DNA of 64,000 nucleotides from Bordetella parapertussis (GTDB lineage Bacteria; Pseudomonadota; Gammaproteobacteria; Burkholderiales; SG8-41): NCBI GenBank assembly GCA_945906815.1, contig CAMDRT010000023.1, positions 3,740 to 67,739 of the forward strand, read 5' to 3'. Shown piece by piece: positions 23,093 to 35,300 of this stretch (position 1 is its first letter; each line of letters starts with the position of its first letter). The notes under the pieces were generated by a model. It saw only the letters and a program-made list of their open reading frames with translations, ran no database searches and was not told where the DNA came from. The position numbers and the translations under genes were made by a program.

Positions 23093-24031
23093 ATGAGCGA
23101 TGCGCTAATCGTAGTGCCCGATGATTTTCCGGCGGTGTTCGCGGACAGCGCCGCGCACCAGCGCGCACTTGAACTGGGCGCGGTGCGCGTGTGTGGCGAG
23201 CGCGGCGCGCAGGACAGCGCGGAACTCGCGCGCCGCATCGGCGGTGCGAAAGTGGCGCTCAACATCCGCGCCTATGCGCAGTTCACCGACGGGGTGTTTG
23301 CCGCCTGCCCCGATCTGCGCATGGTATCGATCTGGGGGGTGGGCACCGACAACATCGATCTCACGGCTGCGGCGCGCCGTGGTGTCACCGTGTGCAACAC
23401 GCCGGGCGCGAATGCGATCGCGGTGGGCGAGCATGCGCTGGCCTTGATGATGGCGGTGGCGCGCAAAATTCCGCACATCGACCGTGCCATGCGCGGTGGT
23501 GAATGGCCGCGCGACATGCTCGGCCAGTTGCACGGCAAAACGATAGCCGTGCTTGGCACCGGCGCCATCGGCAGTCATGTGGCGAAGCTCGCTGCGGCGT
23601 TCGGCATGACGGTGCTGGTGTGGAGCGCGCGGCGCAACAGCCTGGCGGAGCGCGATGACATGCTCAAACGCGCGGACTTTGTATCGCTGCATGTGCGCCT
23701 GCTGCCGCACACGCGCGGCTTTATCGGTGCGCGCGAATTCGCGCTGATGAAAGCGCAAGCGATACTGATCAACACCGGACGCGGTGCGCTGGTGGAGCGC
23801 GACGCGCTGCACCAAGCGCTGGCTACGCAACGCATCGCTGGTGCTGGGCTCGATGTGTTTCACGATGAGCCGCTGCAGGCCGATGATCCGATTTTGAGTT
23901 TCACCAACACCGTGCTGTCACCGCACAACGCGGGGCAGACGCCGGAAGTGCGGCGTGATGGATTGTTACTGGCGATACAAAACGTCGAGCGTTTTCTTGC
24001 CGGTGCGCCGCAGAACGTGGTGACCGCGTAA
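23093..24031 (+). CDS. D-isomer-specific 2-hydroxyacid dehydrogenase family protein
   Basis: NAD-binding GTGAIGSHVA, plus the INTGRGALV and SPHNAG motifs of the PGDH/GyaR family. Confidence 0.8.
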   Translation: MSDALIVVPDDFPAVFADSAAHQRALELGAVRVCGERGAQDSAELARRIGGAKVALNIRAYAQFTDGVFAACPDLRMVSIWGVGTDNIDLTAAARRGVTVCNTPGANAIAVGEHALALMMAVARKIPHIDRAMRGGEWPRDMLGQLHGKTIAVLGTGAIGSHVAKLAAAFGMTVLVWSARRNSLAERDDMLKRADFVSLHVRLLPHTRGFIGAREFALMKAQAILINTGRGALVERDALHQALATQRIAGAGLDVFHDEPLQADDPILSFTNTVLSPHNAGQTPEVRRDGLLLAIQNVERFLAGAPQNVVTA

Positions 24032-24251
24032 AACAGCAATGCGGAAGGCGTCCGCAGGACGTATGCCGGGCGCAAGCACCGTGCAGCGAAAGCACGCTGG
24101 TTTAAGCACCGTTACTTCCCCGGAATACGGCGTAAAACCCATGGCCTCCGTCTGGGCTACTTTCGCTCGCACATGAAGATGTGCGCATAGCGGCGTAACG
24201 GCTGGGCGAATTTCTGCGATACTGCCAAAGGAAAGCAGATACCCTCTTGCC

Positions 24252-26006
24252 ATGCCACTACGTTCGCCATCAACTTACCCAGCGCTAAGCCTGTGCCGCA
24301 GCGGTTGCGGTCATGGTTGGCTGCACTTCGTCTTTGCCCTGGCTTGCATCTCGGTGCTGGTTGCGTTGACCACTGGCAGTGCGCAAGCACAAACGCCGCC
24401 CGACGCCGGCACCCTGCGCCAGCAGATCGAAAGTGAGCGCACCACACCGCTGCCAGCGCAGCGCGCGCCGTTGCAGACCCCGCCGGTCGCGCCAGTGCCG
24501 CGCGAGCCTGGTCCTGTTTTAACGGTCAGCGCATTCCGCTTTTCGGGCAACACGCTGCTGAGTGATGCGCAACTCGCACCTGCGCTTGCTTCCTATCTCA
24601 ACAGGCCGCTGCAGTTTGCCGAGCTCGAGCGCGCAGCGCAGGTGGTGGCTGATACCTACCGTCAGGCCGGATGGCTGGCGCGCGCGTTTTTACCGCAACA
24701 GGAAATCGACGCGGGTATTGTCACCATCGGCATCGCTGAAGCGAGGTTCGGCGGCGTAACGCTTGAGGGCCCCGCACCCACACGCATACCCTTGGCGCGG
24801 CTGCTCGCGGTGATCGAGGCGGCGCAGCCCGTGGGCGCAGCAGTGCGGCTCGAAGCTATTGACCGCGCCCTGCTGCTGATCGACGACTTGCCCGGGGTTA
24901 GCGCCAGCGCCAGTCTGGCCGAAGGCAGGAAGGAAGGTCATACCGATCTACTCATAAAGTTCGCCGATACCCCGCTCATCGCAGGCGAACTTGGCGTGGA
25001 CAACATGGGCTCGCGCTCCACCGGGCGCGAGCGCGTCACTGCCAACTTCGGCTTCAACAGCGCATTCGGCATAGGCGACCAGTTCAGCGCCCAACTGAGT
25101 CGCACGCAAGGCAACGATTACGCGCGCGTCGCGCTGTCCATGCCGCTGGGGAATTCTGGATTGCGCTTTGGCGTCAACGCCTCGGATCTTAGCTACAAGC
25201 TCGTTGCAACCGAGTTCCGTGCGTTGAATGCAAGGGGCGATTCACAGGCAAGTGGCATCGATCTCAGTTATCCCTTACTGCGTGCGCGCTCGCGCAACGT
25301 CTTTCTGTCGCTCAATATCGACAGCAAGCGCTTCGACAACGAATCGGGCGGTGTCACCACCACGCGTTACAAGATCAACTCCACCACGCTGGGGCTAAAC
25401 GGCAACTGGTTCGACGGCGCAGGGATGAACAGCGCGGGATTTTCATTCGTCGAAGGCAAGCTGGATCTCGCAGGATCGCCCAACCAGAGTGCCGATGCCG
25501 CAGGAGCGCAGGTAGCAGGACGGTTTAGCAAGCGACGCTACAGCGCGACCCGCCAGCAGAGCCTGAGTGAGGCGCTGTCAGTGTATGCCGCGTTCTCTGG
25601 GCAGAGCGCGGGCAAGAACCTCGATTCAGCCGAAAAGTTCTATCTCGGTGGCGCGAGCGGCGTACGCGCCTATCCGGGTAACGAAGGCGGCGGGGCAGAA
25701 GGCCATCTCGTCAACCTCGAACTGCGCATGCGCCTGCCTAACAACCTAAGCCTCGCTGGCTTCTACGACTGGGGCGAGGTGAAGGTTAATCGCCATAGCA
25801 GTTTTCCTGGCGCAGCCACACTGAATCGCTACAGCCTGAAAGGTGCCGGGGTTGCGGTTTCGATTGCCGCCCCATTCGGTGTCAACCTGAAGCTGAGCTG
25901 GGCGAGGCGTATCGGCGAGAACCCGAACCGCACCGCGACTGGCAACGACCAGGACGGATCTTTGCTCGTGGACCGGTTCTGGCTGCAAGCTGCACTGCCT
26001 TTTTGA
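24252..26006 (+). CDS. Two-partner secretion outer-membrane transporter (TpsB; ShlB/FhaC/HecB family)
   Basis: 584 aa with a signal-like segment ending GSAQA. POTRA-like region (LTVSAFRFSGNTLLSDAQL...), ExxG(N)RxTG-like stretch (DNMGSRSTGRER), and a beta-barrel ending in an aromatic residue (...WLQAALPF). It sits directly upstream of the TPS-domain gene. Confidence 0.9.
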   Translation: MPLRSPSTYPALSLCRSGCGHGWLHFVFALACISVLVALTTGSAQAQTPPDAGTLRQQIESERTTPLPAQRAPLQTPPVAPVPREPGPVLTVSAFRFSGNTLLSDAQLAPALASYLNRPLQFAELERAAQVVADTYRQAGWLARAFLPQQEIDAGIVTIGIAEARFGGVTLEGPAPTRIPLARLLAVIEAAQPVGAAVRLEAIDRALLLIDDLPGVSASASLAEGRKEGHTDLLIKFADTPLIAGELGVDNMGSRSTGRERVTANFGFNSAFGIGDQFSAQLSRTQGNDYARVALSMPLGNSGLRFGVNASDLSYKLVATEFRALNARGDSQASGIDLSYPLLRARSRNVFLSLNIDSKRFDNESGGVTTTRYKINSTTLGLNGNWFDGAGMNSAGFSFVEGKLDLAGSPNQSADAAGAQVAGRFSKRRYSATRQQSLSEALSVYAAFSGQSAGKNLDSAEKFYLGGASGVRAYPGNEGGGAEGHLVNLELRMRLPNNLSLAGFYDWGEVKVNRHSSFPGAATLNRYSLKGAGVAVSIAAPFGVNLKLSWARRIGENPNRTATGNDQDGSLLVDRFWLQAALPF

Positions 26007-26320
26007 GCCAGCAGCGGACTTGATGCCGGGAACGGCGGGGCAGCAAAACGGTGTGTGCGATGGCTTGGGCAGCCGCTACATCTGGTAAATCTCAAACCGG
26101 TAGATCAGCCACAGGGAGCACCGAGGAACACAGACAAAACAAGTGCCTGCACTCGCGCGTCACACGAACCTGTGTGGTGAGAGGGGTAATCTCGCCAACT
26201 CGTTGATTTAACGATATAAAACATGTGTAATCGTGTGGCTAAACTGTTTTTTTAGGGTAAACTACCTATACCTTAAGTTTTGCCAAGAGAACCCGATAAT
26301 AAGAAGCATTAAGGTCTGCT

Positions 26321-26372
26321 TTCCGGGAATTTGCGCCCTCGGAGCCGGCTTCATAATTCGTGTTTCCCGGAA
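26321..26372. promoter_or_regulatory. Pair of TTCC-N-GGAA palindromes at the tpsA 5' end
   Basis: ttccgggaa (26321-26329) and ttcccggaa (26364-26372) are reverse complements of each other, with centres 43 bp apart. The second overlaps ggaattcc. They lie in the AT-richer spacer ahead of the signal-peptide codons. Confidence 0.35.
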
Positions 26373-29300
26373 TTCCCATCTTGAACCTCTGGCCTTTTTT
26401 TGCCGGCAGTGATCCTGCGCTTGAGCCGCAGGTGATCGCGTACGTGCGCAGGGCATTTCTGCGCTGCGCTTTGGCAGTGCTGGCCGTGCTCGGTGCCGGA
26501 TTGAGCCAGACGCTGCTCGCAGCGCAACCCACTGCACCAGCGCCTGCTGTCGCGCAGCTTCCGGTCGGCGGTCAGGTCGTCGCCGGTGCTGCGACGATCG
26601 CGCAATCCATCTCACCATCGGGGGCGACTCTCACCGTCACGCAGAGCACGCAGCGCGGAGCGATAGACTGGCAGAGTTTCAACGTCGGCAGCGAGGCGCA
26701 GGTCAACTTCAAGCAGCCCTCGGCGGCCAGCGTCACGTTGAACCGCGTGCAGAGTTCCAACCCCAGCCAGATCTTCGGCAAGATCAACGCCAACGGCCAG
26801 GTGTTCCTCACCAATGCAAGTGGCATCTACTTCGCGCCCGGCGCGAGTGTCGAAGTGGGTGGGCTGGTCGCAACGACAGCCAGCATCAGCAATGCCGATT
26901 TCATGGCGGGCAAAAATAATTTCACGCGCAACGGTGCGACCGAGAGTAAAAACGGCAGCGTAGTCAACGAAGGCAAGCTCAGCGCCTCGCTGGGCGGCTA
27001 CATCGCGCTGCTCGCGCCCGAAGTGCGCAACCAGGGCGTGATCGTGGCGCAGATCGGCACCGTCGCACTCGCCGCAGGCGACGCCTATGACCTTGAGATC
27101 TCGGGCAGCAACACGCTGGCGCGTCTGCGCGTCGCGCCGGCGACGATCAACACGCTGGTCGAGAACGGCAACGCCGTGCGCGCCCCTGGCGGACTCATCA
27201 TCCTCTCGGCGCGTGCCGCTGGCCAGTTACAGCAAGGCGTGGTGCGCAATCGCGGCGAACTCGTCGCTACCGGCATCAGTACCAGCGGCGGACGCATTGT
27301 GCTGAACGGCGACAGTGTCACGTTAGCGGCCGGCAGCCGCACCGAAGCGAGAGGTGCACCGGCCAGCGCGAACCAGGTCGCCACCGATGGCGGACGCGTG
27401 GAAATCGAAGCGCGCAGCGTGCAGCTACAGGGCGTGATCGACGTGAGCGGCGCCAACGGCGGCAGCGTGCTTATCCAGGCCAGCCAGAGCGTGCAGCTAG
27501 ACGCCACGATCAACGTGCGCGGCGAGACAGGTGCAGGCGGCAGCGTGACCATCGTCGCACCAGTCAACAGTGCCACCAGCACTGCAGCGAACACGCCCGC
27601 CAACGTCGCGTTGAGCATCGCACTCGGCACTGCAGCGCGCATCGACGCGGGTGGCCAGACGCAGGGCGGCGCGATCAGCTTGGGCACGCAACAGCAGAGC
27701 GTCGCGCGCATCAGCCTGCAAGGCGCCTCACTGGATGCGCAAACCTACGGCGTGGCATCGGATGCGCCGGCGGCAGCAACGACAGGCCTTGGTGGTGAGA
27801 TTGTTCTCGCTGCGCGCACGATAGAAATTTCTGCGAGCCACATCAACACCGACGGCATCAGCCGCGGCGGACGCGTGCGCATTGCAGGCGGTCAGATGAG
27901 CATCGCCGACCCTGCGCACCCGCTCAATGATCCGACGGCGCCACCGAGTGGGCCGCCGCGGGTGGTGATCAGTGCTGCGAGCGCGCTCACCAGTCGGGCT
28001 CGCAGAGGCGTAGGCGGCAGCGTGACCATCACCGGTGACGATATCGCGCTGCTCGATCAGACCTTGATCGATGCGAGCGGCGCGGTAGGCGGCGGCACAG
28101 TGCTGGTGGGCGGCGGCTGGCAGGGCGCGGGCGATCTGCCGCAGTCGCGCCGCGTGTTGATGGCCGCCGACGCGCGTATCAATGCCAGCGCTACTGAGCA
28201 AGGCGATGGCGGCACGGCGGTGCTGTGGAGCGACGTGCACGACAGCGCATCGCGTACCGAAGCGCATGGAACGATCCTCGCCCGCGGCGGGGCTGATGGC
28301 GGCAACGGCGGCAAGATTGAGACCTCGGGTCACGCGGTTGACACCGCGGGCTTGAAGGTCGATGCCGGCGCGCCGCGCGGCAGCGGCGGCCTGTGGCTCA
28401 TCGATCCGACCGATGCTGTAATCACCCAGGCTGTTGCCAACGGTTATGCCGCGACGCTCAATACGGGCACCAGCGTTACCAATGCTGTCACCGGCAACAT
28501 CATCACCAGCGGATCGGTGACGCTGACCAAGAGCGCAGGAGGCGACGCCACCCTGACATTACAGGCCACCGGATACATCGCCCTGGTGAATGCTGCGAGT
28601 GTCGAGACCGGCTCGTCGTCGTCAACCGCCGCAAACGCCAACCCCATCACCATCACGTCCACGTCTACGTCCAACAAGCTCCACGTCGTCATGAACCCCG
28701 GCAGTGGCGGTGGCGCGGGCGGATTCTGGTTGCCGGTCGGCTCCTCGATCACCACCAACGGCGGCGATGTCACCATCGGCGGCGGCAGCGGCGCCGCAGC
28801 CAACGCCATTGGTGCGAACTACTACAGCCTTGAAAACGGTGCCGTGAAGCGCGGTGCGACGATCAACGGCACGATCAATGCGGGCGGTGGCAACATCACC
28901 ATCCGTGGCACCGGTTACAGCGCGTCTGGGCGCGGTGTCAGCGTGGGCGGCACATTGCAAACCAGCGGCGCAGGAACGATCACCTTGGTCGGCGTTTCCG
29001 GCAGCGGCTCCGATGGCCTGGCCATCGGTGACTCCGGTGTCGCGAGCGGCCTTAACGGCGCGGTGACTGCGGTCAACGGCAACATCTCGATCACCGGGAC
29101 CAAGGGCAGTGGCAACGCGATCAACGTTGAGACTGCCGGCAGCCAGGTGACAACCACCGGCAGCGGCAGCCTGAGCCTGACCGCAGGGGCAGCCGGCGGG
29201 CCGCTTACGGTCGGCGGCACTCTGTCCGGCGGTAGCAATCTCACCTTGACCGGCGATGCGATCACATTTGCCGCTGGCTCCGGTACGCTCAATGCCATCG

Positions 29301-32300
29301 GCATTCTCACTGTAGAACCCTACAGCGCGAGCTTTACCAGCGCGCTGTCCTGGCCCCTGGCGAACTTGACCCTCGGCAACAGCCTGACCGGCCTGACCCT
29401 GGGCAAGGCGGGCAACACCGCCAATGTCACCATCAGCTCGGCGCAGACGGTCGCCGGCCCGATTACGGTGTATGGCAATACGATCAATATCAATGCCGAC
29501 CTTCAAGCCACGGCTTCCGGTGCGGATATCCGGGTCACGAGTACCGGGGCTGGCTCGGGACTGACCAATGGGCATATTTCACTGGCTTCAGGCGTTGATC
29601 TCACCGCGAACAATGGCGACATCGTGCTTTGGTCAAACTATGCGGGCATCACTTCCGGCACGGCCAATAACGAAATCACTCTTAGTGGCAATAACATCCT
29701 GAGCAGTGGCGGTGGCAAGATCATTCTGGCAGGGGGAAGTGCAGTTGACGGCAATGGAAACCCCACCGGTTATGCCTATCGTGGTGGATATGCTGGCAGC
29801 GCAATAACGCTTGCAGCCGGTACGCAACTGCTCTCCGGCGGTGGCGATGTGGTGATCCGTGGGTGGTCTGCGCCCACCGCGGGCCTTAGATCCTATGGCA
29901 TTTCCGGCACGGATTTTAAAATCAACAGCGGCAGCGGCACGATAACGCTGGATGGAAAAAGTAATATTGATCATGCCATCGAGTTTGCCAGTGGCAACTT
30001 TGCTATCACCTCTTCCAACACCGCAGCGACCGCAATTTCGATAACGGGTACGACAACAAGCAGCTATAGCGGAATTCTGATCAACTTTGAAAATAATTCA
30101 GATCATTCGCTGATTCAGACGACTGGTGCTAGCGGTGGCGGTATTGTGCTTCAGGGGATAAACGACGCCTCCGGAAATTCGCTCTGGCTGGGGAATAGTG
30201 ATGCGAGCAGTTCGCTACAAATCCTCAGTAATGCGGGCGGTATTTCGCTGATTTCCAGTGGTACCACCTATATTGCCAATCAGTCTGTTTATTTTGGTAA
30301 TCGTAAAGACGCCACTGCCGTGAAAGGCGTCACACCTACTCCGACGGCCTCCAGCAGTGACTTGTTGATTCGCACGAAAACCATGTCCTATGGCAGCAAT
30401 GCGTACTTGTACGCCAACTCGACGGGCACGCTCATCGTCGAGCCCTACGGGAATGACTTTTCTAGCGCCTTTGCACTGGATAGCAAATGGACATTGAGTA
30501 GTAACCTGAGCGGCCTGACGCTGGGCAAGTCCGGCAACACAGCCGATATCACGGTGTCCAGCGCGCAGAGCATCGCGGGGCCGATCTCGATCTACGGCGG
30601 CAGCGTTGCCTTAAACGCCGCGCTGACCAGCACTGCGGCGGGCGCGGGCATCTCGGTACGAGCCACTACGCACATCACCAATGCCTCCGCCACCACCCTC
30701 ACTACCAGCGGCGGCGCTGTGTTGCTGGCCAGCAATGTGGACGACGCAACGGACAATGAATCAGCGACCAACGGTTATATCAATTTGAGATCTGGCCTGA
30801 CCATCAATACGCTCGGTGGAAGCATCACCCTGGGCGGGGGCGATGCAACGGGGTCTGGTTTTGTGCTCGGCACCACAACCCATGCTGAATATACCGAAGG
30901 TGTTCGTATCGACACCACGCTTGCCCTTAATTCTGGCGGCGGAAATATTGCCATTCGGGGAAAGACGTCAACACTTAGTAATTCAGTCTGGGGTTATGGG
31001 AATGCGGGCTTCGGTGTCTATGGCCTGACCTCGCCCGGCACCATCAACAGCGGAACAGGGACCATCACGATTGAAGGCGTGAACCAGAATCCGAGTTTTA
31101 CCGCATACAGCTCGGGCATTGTTCTGTCCCTCAATGGGGGGCATGCGCTCACCATTGCCTCTGCTAATACGACGGCCAATGCGATTCAACTCACGGCCAG
31201 CGCAACTGGGCCAAATCAGGATAACTACGGCATGGAGGTGGACTTTAGCTCGCCCCTGATCGTTGCGGCCACAGGCTCTGGGGGCGGCATCACGCTCAGC
31301 ACTTCACAGAAAGTCACCATTGGAACACCATACGATCTGGTCACCCGTGCAGAGTTCAGTCTGCTGGCCAACAGTGGGCCGATACGAATGCTCGGCGGTC
31401 AGAACGGAGGCAATGGCGACGGCTATTGGCACAAGGATGGCACCGCCTACCTGGGCTCCAGGGCCGGCAGCAGCGTCACTAGCAGCGCCAGCAATATCAC
31501 CATTCAATATGACAGGGTGACTTTTCCGGGTGGCAATCCCCATGTGGCGACCACAGGAGCTGTGGAATGGACACCCGTGCCCGCATCGGCAAGCTTTGAA
31601 GGGGCCATGTACACCGAGTGGTTCAACTGGAACCAGAACGGTCACACCATGTCGGGCCTGACCATAGGCAAGGCGGGCAACACAGCCGACATTACCCATG
31701 CAACGAACGCCATCACCGTCAACGGTCCGATCTCGATCTACGGCGGCAACGTCAATCTCAACGCCAACCTGACCAGCACCGCTGCGGGGACCGCCATCCT
31801 TGCCAAGGCCAGCGGCAATGTCATCGCGGGAGGAAATCTCGTCACCAACGCAGGGAATGTGACGCTGTGGTCAGACAGCGACAATTCAGGAGCCGGTGGC
31901 ATTCAGGTCAAGCCCAATTTTTCCATCGACACACGTACTTCGGTCGACCGCTCGGCCACCACGCATACCACCGGTGGCGGCGCTATCACGCTGGCGGGCG
32001 GGCTGGACGACGGCGGTACGGCCTCGGGCATCGCCGGTCGCACGAGCAGCGATGGCAAGCCCGACGGCTACGCCGCCAATTTCGCCGGAACCTATTCCAA
32101 TACCGGGGTGATGCTGGGTGCCAGCGACGCCGCCTCGGGCCAGGACAGCAACATCAACCTCTATTCGGGCGGCGGCGACATTACCGTTTTCGGCAAGTCC
32201 ACCAGTGGGGTGGGCGGTATTTCGTCAGCCATCCAGGCCCACCAGGGCTACACCATCAATGCCGGCACGGGTGGCAACATCACGCTGAACGGCCTGTCGC

Positions 32301-35300
32301 AGGGCAGCACCACCGGCAGCTTAGGATTCGATCTGGCTGCCTGGCGAACGTCGGGGAACCATAATGCGCCCAGCCTGATCCGCACCCGCGACGGCGCCAT
32401 CTCGCTGATCGGCCGCGCGTCCAGCGGTAGCGGTGAGAACCTCGCCATCGCCATTGATGGCGACGATGTCGACCGCATTGCGATTGAAGCCCTGGGCAGC
32501 GGCAGCATCACCCTCGATGGTCATGCCAGCGGCACCGCGGCCTCGGCGCTGCGTCTGACCGGGGTCGATGCGCTGGCAGCGAGCGGCAACATCAGCCTGA
32601 TCGGTCGCGCCGGCGAGATCTGGGTCACCAGCGGCGCCAACGGTCTGTATCTCGGCACCAAATCGGGCTCGAACGTCACAGCCTCTACGAGCAACATCCT
32701 CTTGCGCGCAGACAGCGTGCGCACCACGGGGGTTCTGAACATCGCCTCCACCGGGGCGTTGACCGTCGAACCCTATGCGAACAGTTTCTCCTCTACCCTG
32801 AGCTGGCCGGTCGCCAATCTGACGCTCAGCGGTCTCACCGGTCTGACCCTCGGCAAATCCACCAACACCACGGACATCGCGATATCCAGCGCGCAGAACA
32901 TCGCGGGCCCCATCACTATCTACGGCGGCAACGTCAATCTCAACGCCAACCTGACCAGTACGGCGGCGGGCGCAGATATCCTCGTCAAGGCCAGCGGCAA
33001 TATCGTCAGCAATGCCGATCGGACATTCCAGACCAACGGCGGCGACCTGGTGTTCTGGAGCAACAGCGACGCCGAGACGGTGAGCGGCGGCTACATCCAG
33101 CTCTACCGCAATAACATGCTGGACACCCGCACTGCCGCCAACCGCAGCAACACCACCAACACCACCACGGGTGGCGGGCGCATTGTGCTCGCTGGTGGTG
33201 CCGACGATGGCGCCAATGGCGGCACAGCCAGCGACGGGCTGCCCGATGGCTACGCGCTCAACAAACAGACCTCGGGCGCACTGCAAGTCGGTGTGGCGCT
33301 GGGTATCTGGGATCACGCCTCCTACGATGGCAACAACCTCAACAATACGCTGATCTATTCCGGTGGCGGCGACATCGTGATGCGCGGTCGCGCCGCCAGC
33401 ACTTTGCCGGCGCTGAACCTCGATTACCAGGGCACGATCAACAGCGGTGCCGGCACCATCACTCTGGTGGGCGACAACACGGGCAGTGGCCACGGCATCG
33501 CGCTCAATTCCTTTGGCGCGAGTGGCGCCTTGACTAGCATCACTTCCACGGGAGGCAATGCGCTCACCCCGGCCATCAGCATCACTGGTGCCACCGTCGC
33601 GACGAGCAATGCAGCGGGATTCCAGGCCAACTACATGAATGTCGTTGCGTCGGGTGCGGGCGGCATCAGCGCGTCGGGGACCACGGCTGCAAGCAATTAC
33701 ACGGGGGTGAGATTCGTCGACATGAACCTGCTGTCGGCCAGCGGCGACATTGCCGTGAATGGCGGCAGCTACGGCATCTACGCCAGCGGTGTCAGCATCG
33801 GCAAGAAATCCGGCTCGGCTGTGACCGAGAGCAGCAGCAACATCCGCTTGACCGGCGATGCCGTGTCGTTTGCCGGCAGCACGGTGGACTCGACCGGCAC
33901 CCTGACCGTCGAGCCCTCCGGCACCAGCTTTAGCTCGACTTTGAGCTGGCCGATCAGCGGCTTGACGCTGGGCACAGGGGCGACTGGGCTGACACTCGGC
34001 AAGTCGGGCAACACCGCCAATGTCACCATCGGCAGCACCACAAGCATCGCCGGTCCCATCACCATCTACGGCGGCAACGTCAACCTCAACGCCAACCTGA
34101 GCAGCACGGCCAGCGGCGCGGCTATCCTCGTCAAGGCCAGCGGCAACATCACCCAGGCCGCATCGGTGGATGTCTCCACCAACAGCGGCGCCCTCACCTA
34201 CTGGGCCGACAGCGACAATAACAGCACCGGCGGCATCACGCTGAGCGCAGGCAGTTCGGGCAACCGCACCACGATTACCACGACAGGCGGCAATATTGTT
34301 CTGGGCGGCGGCAGCGATCCGCTCGTCGATAGCGCATGGAGTAGCACCGCCGTGCAGGGGGGCGTTTACCTTGACAGCTACACCACCCTCGATGCCGCGA
34401 CCGGCGCCGCGACAGCCGGTGATATCTCGCTGCGCGGCGCGAGCGCAGTCACGAACATCGCACAAGGCTACGGGACGAGGCTGGTCAGCAACAGCAGCCT
34501 GGCCGGCCGCAACATCACGGTCGTCGGCACCGGTGCAGCCAACACATCGACCAATGGATACAACTTTGGTATCGACCTGGGGGCGGCCACGCTGACCGCC
34601 AGTGGCGACATGAGCATCACCGGTACCGGTGGAACCTCCGCAGGAGCTGGGACATACAACGTCGGCGTTTATCTCTATGACACCAACCTTGTCGGCAGCG
34701 GCAGCGGTGCGCTCACGCTCACCGGAACCGGTGGCAATGGCGTAGGTGCCGCTGGCCACTACGGCCTGTGGATAGGCCAATCTACAATCAAATCGGCTGC
34801 GGGCACGCTAACCCTGGTGGGTAGCAGTCCGACCTACAACGACTACGGGATGTTCCTTGGAGCATACAACACCAACCCAACGCTCGGCGCCGCCAGCGGG
34901 CAAAGCGGCAACATCGTGTTGCGCGCCGACAAGCCGTACTTCAATACCAGTGCCACCAGCAGCGTCCTTGGTAGCGGCACGCTAACTGTCGAGTCCTCCG
35001 GCAACAGCTTTGGTTCGGCTCTGACTATCAGCAATCTCACGCTGGGCAGCGGTCTCACCGGACTGACCGTCGGCAAATCCACTAATACCGCCGATATCAC
35101 GATGTCCAGCGCAGCGAACATCGCGGGCCCCATCACCATTTACGGCGGCAACGTCAACCTCAACGCCAACCTGAATACCAGCGCCGGTGGCGCGGGCGGC
35201 ACCATCACGGTAGTGGCGAGCGACAGCATCAACAGCGCCAACAGCGCGCAGATCACCACCGCTGGCGCCAACATCCTCTTTGCCTCGAACAGCGATGCGA

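Noticed and set aside
32321-34780. 819-aa ORF on the minus strand inside tpsA. Similar long antisense ORFs occur at 36615-38723, 28622-29575 and 27085-27711.
   Set aside because: These lie antisense to a strongly supported repeat-rich GC-rich gene. Their translations are Arg/Ala/Gly-rich with no motifs. Stop-free antisense frames are expected from the codon bias and repeats.
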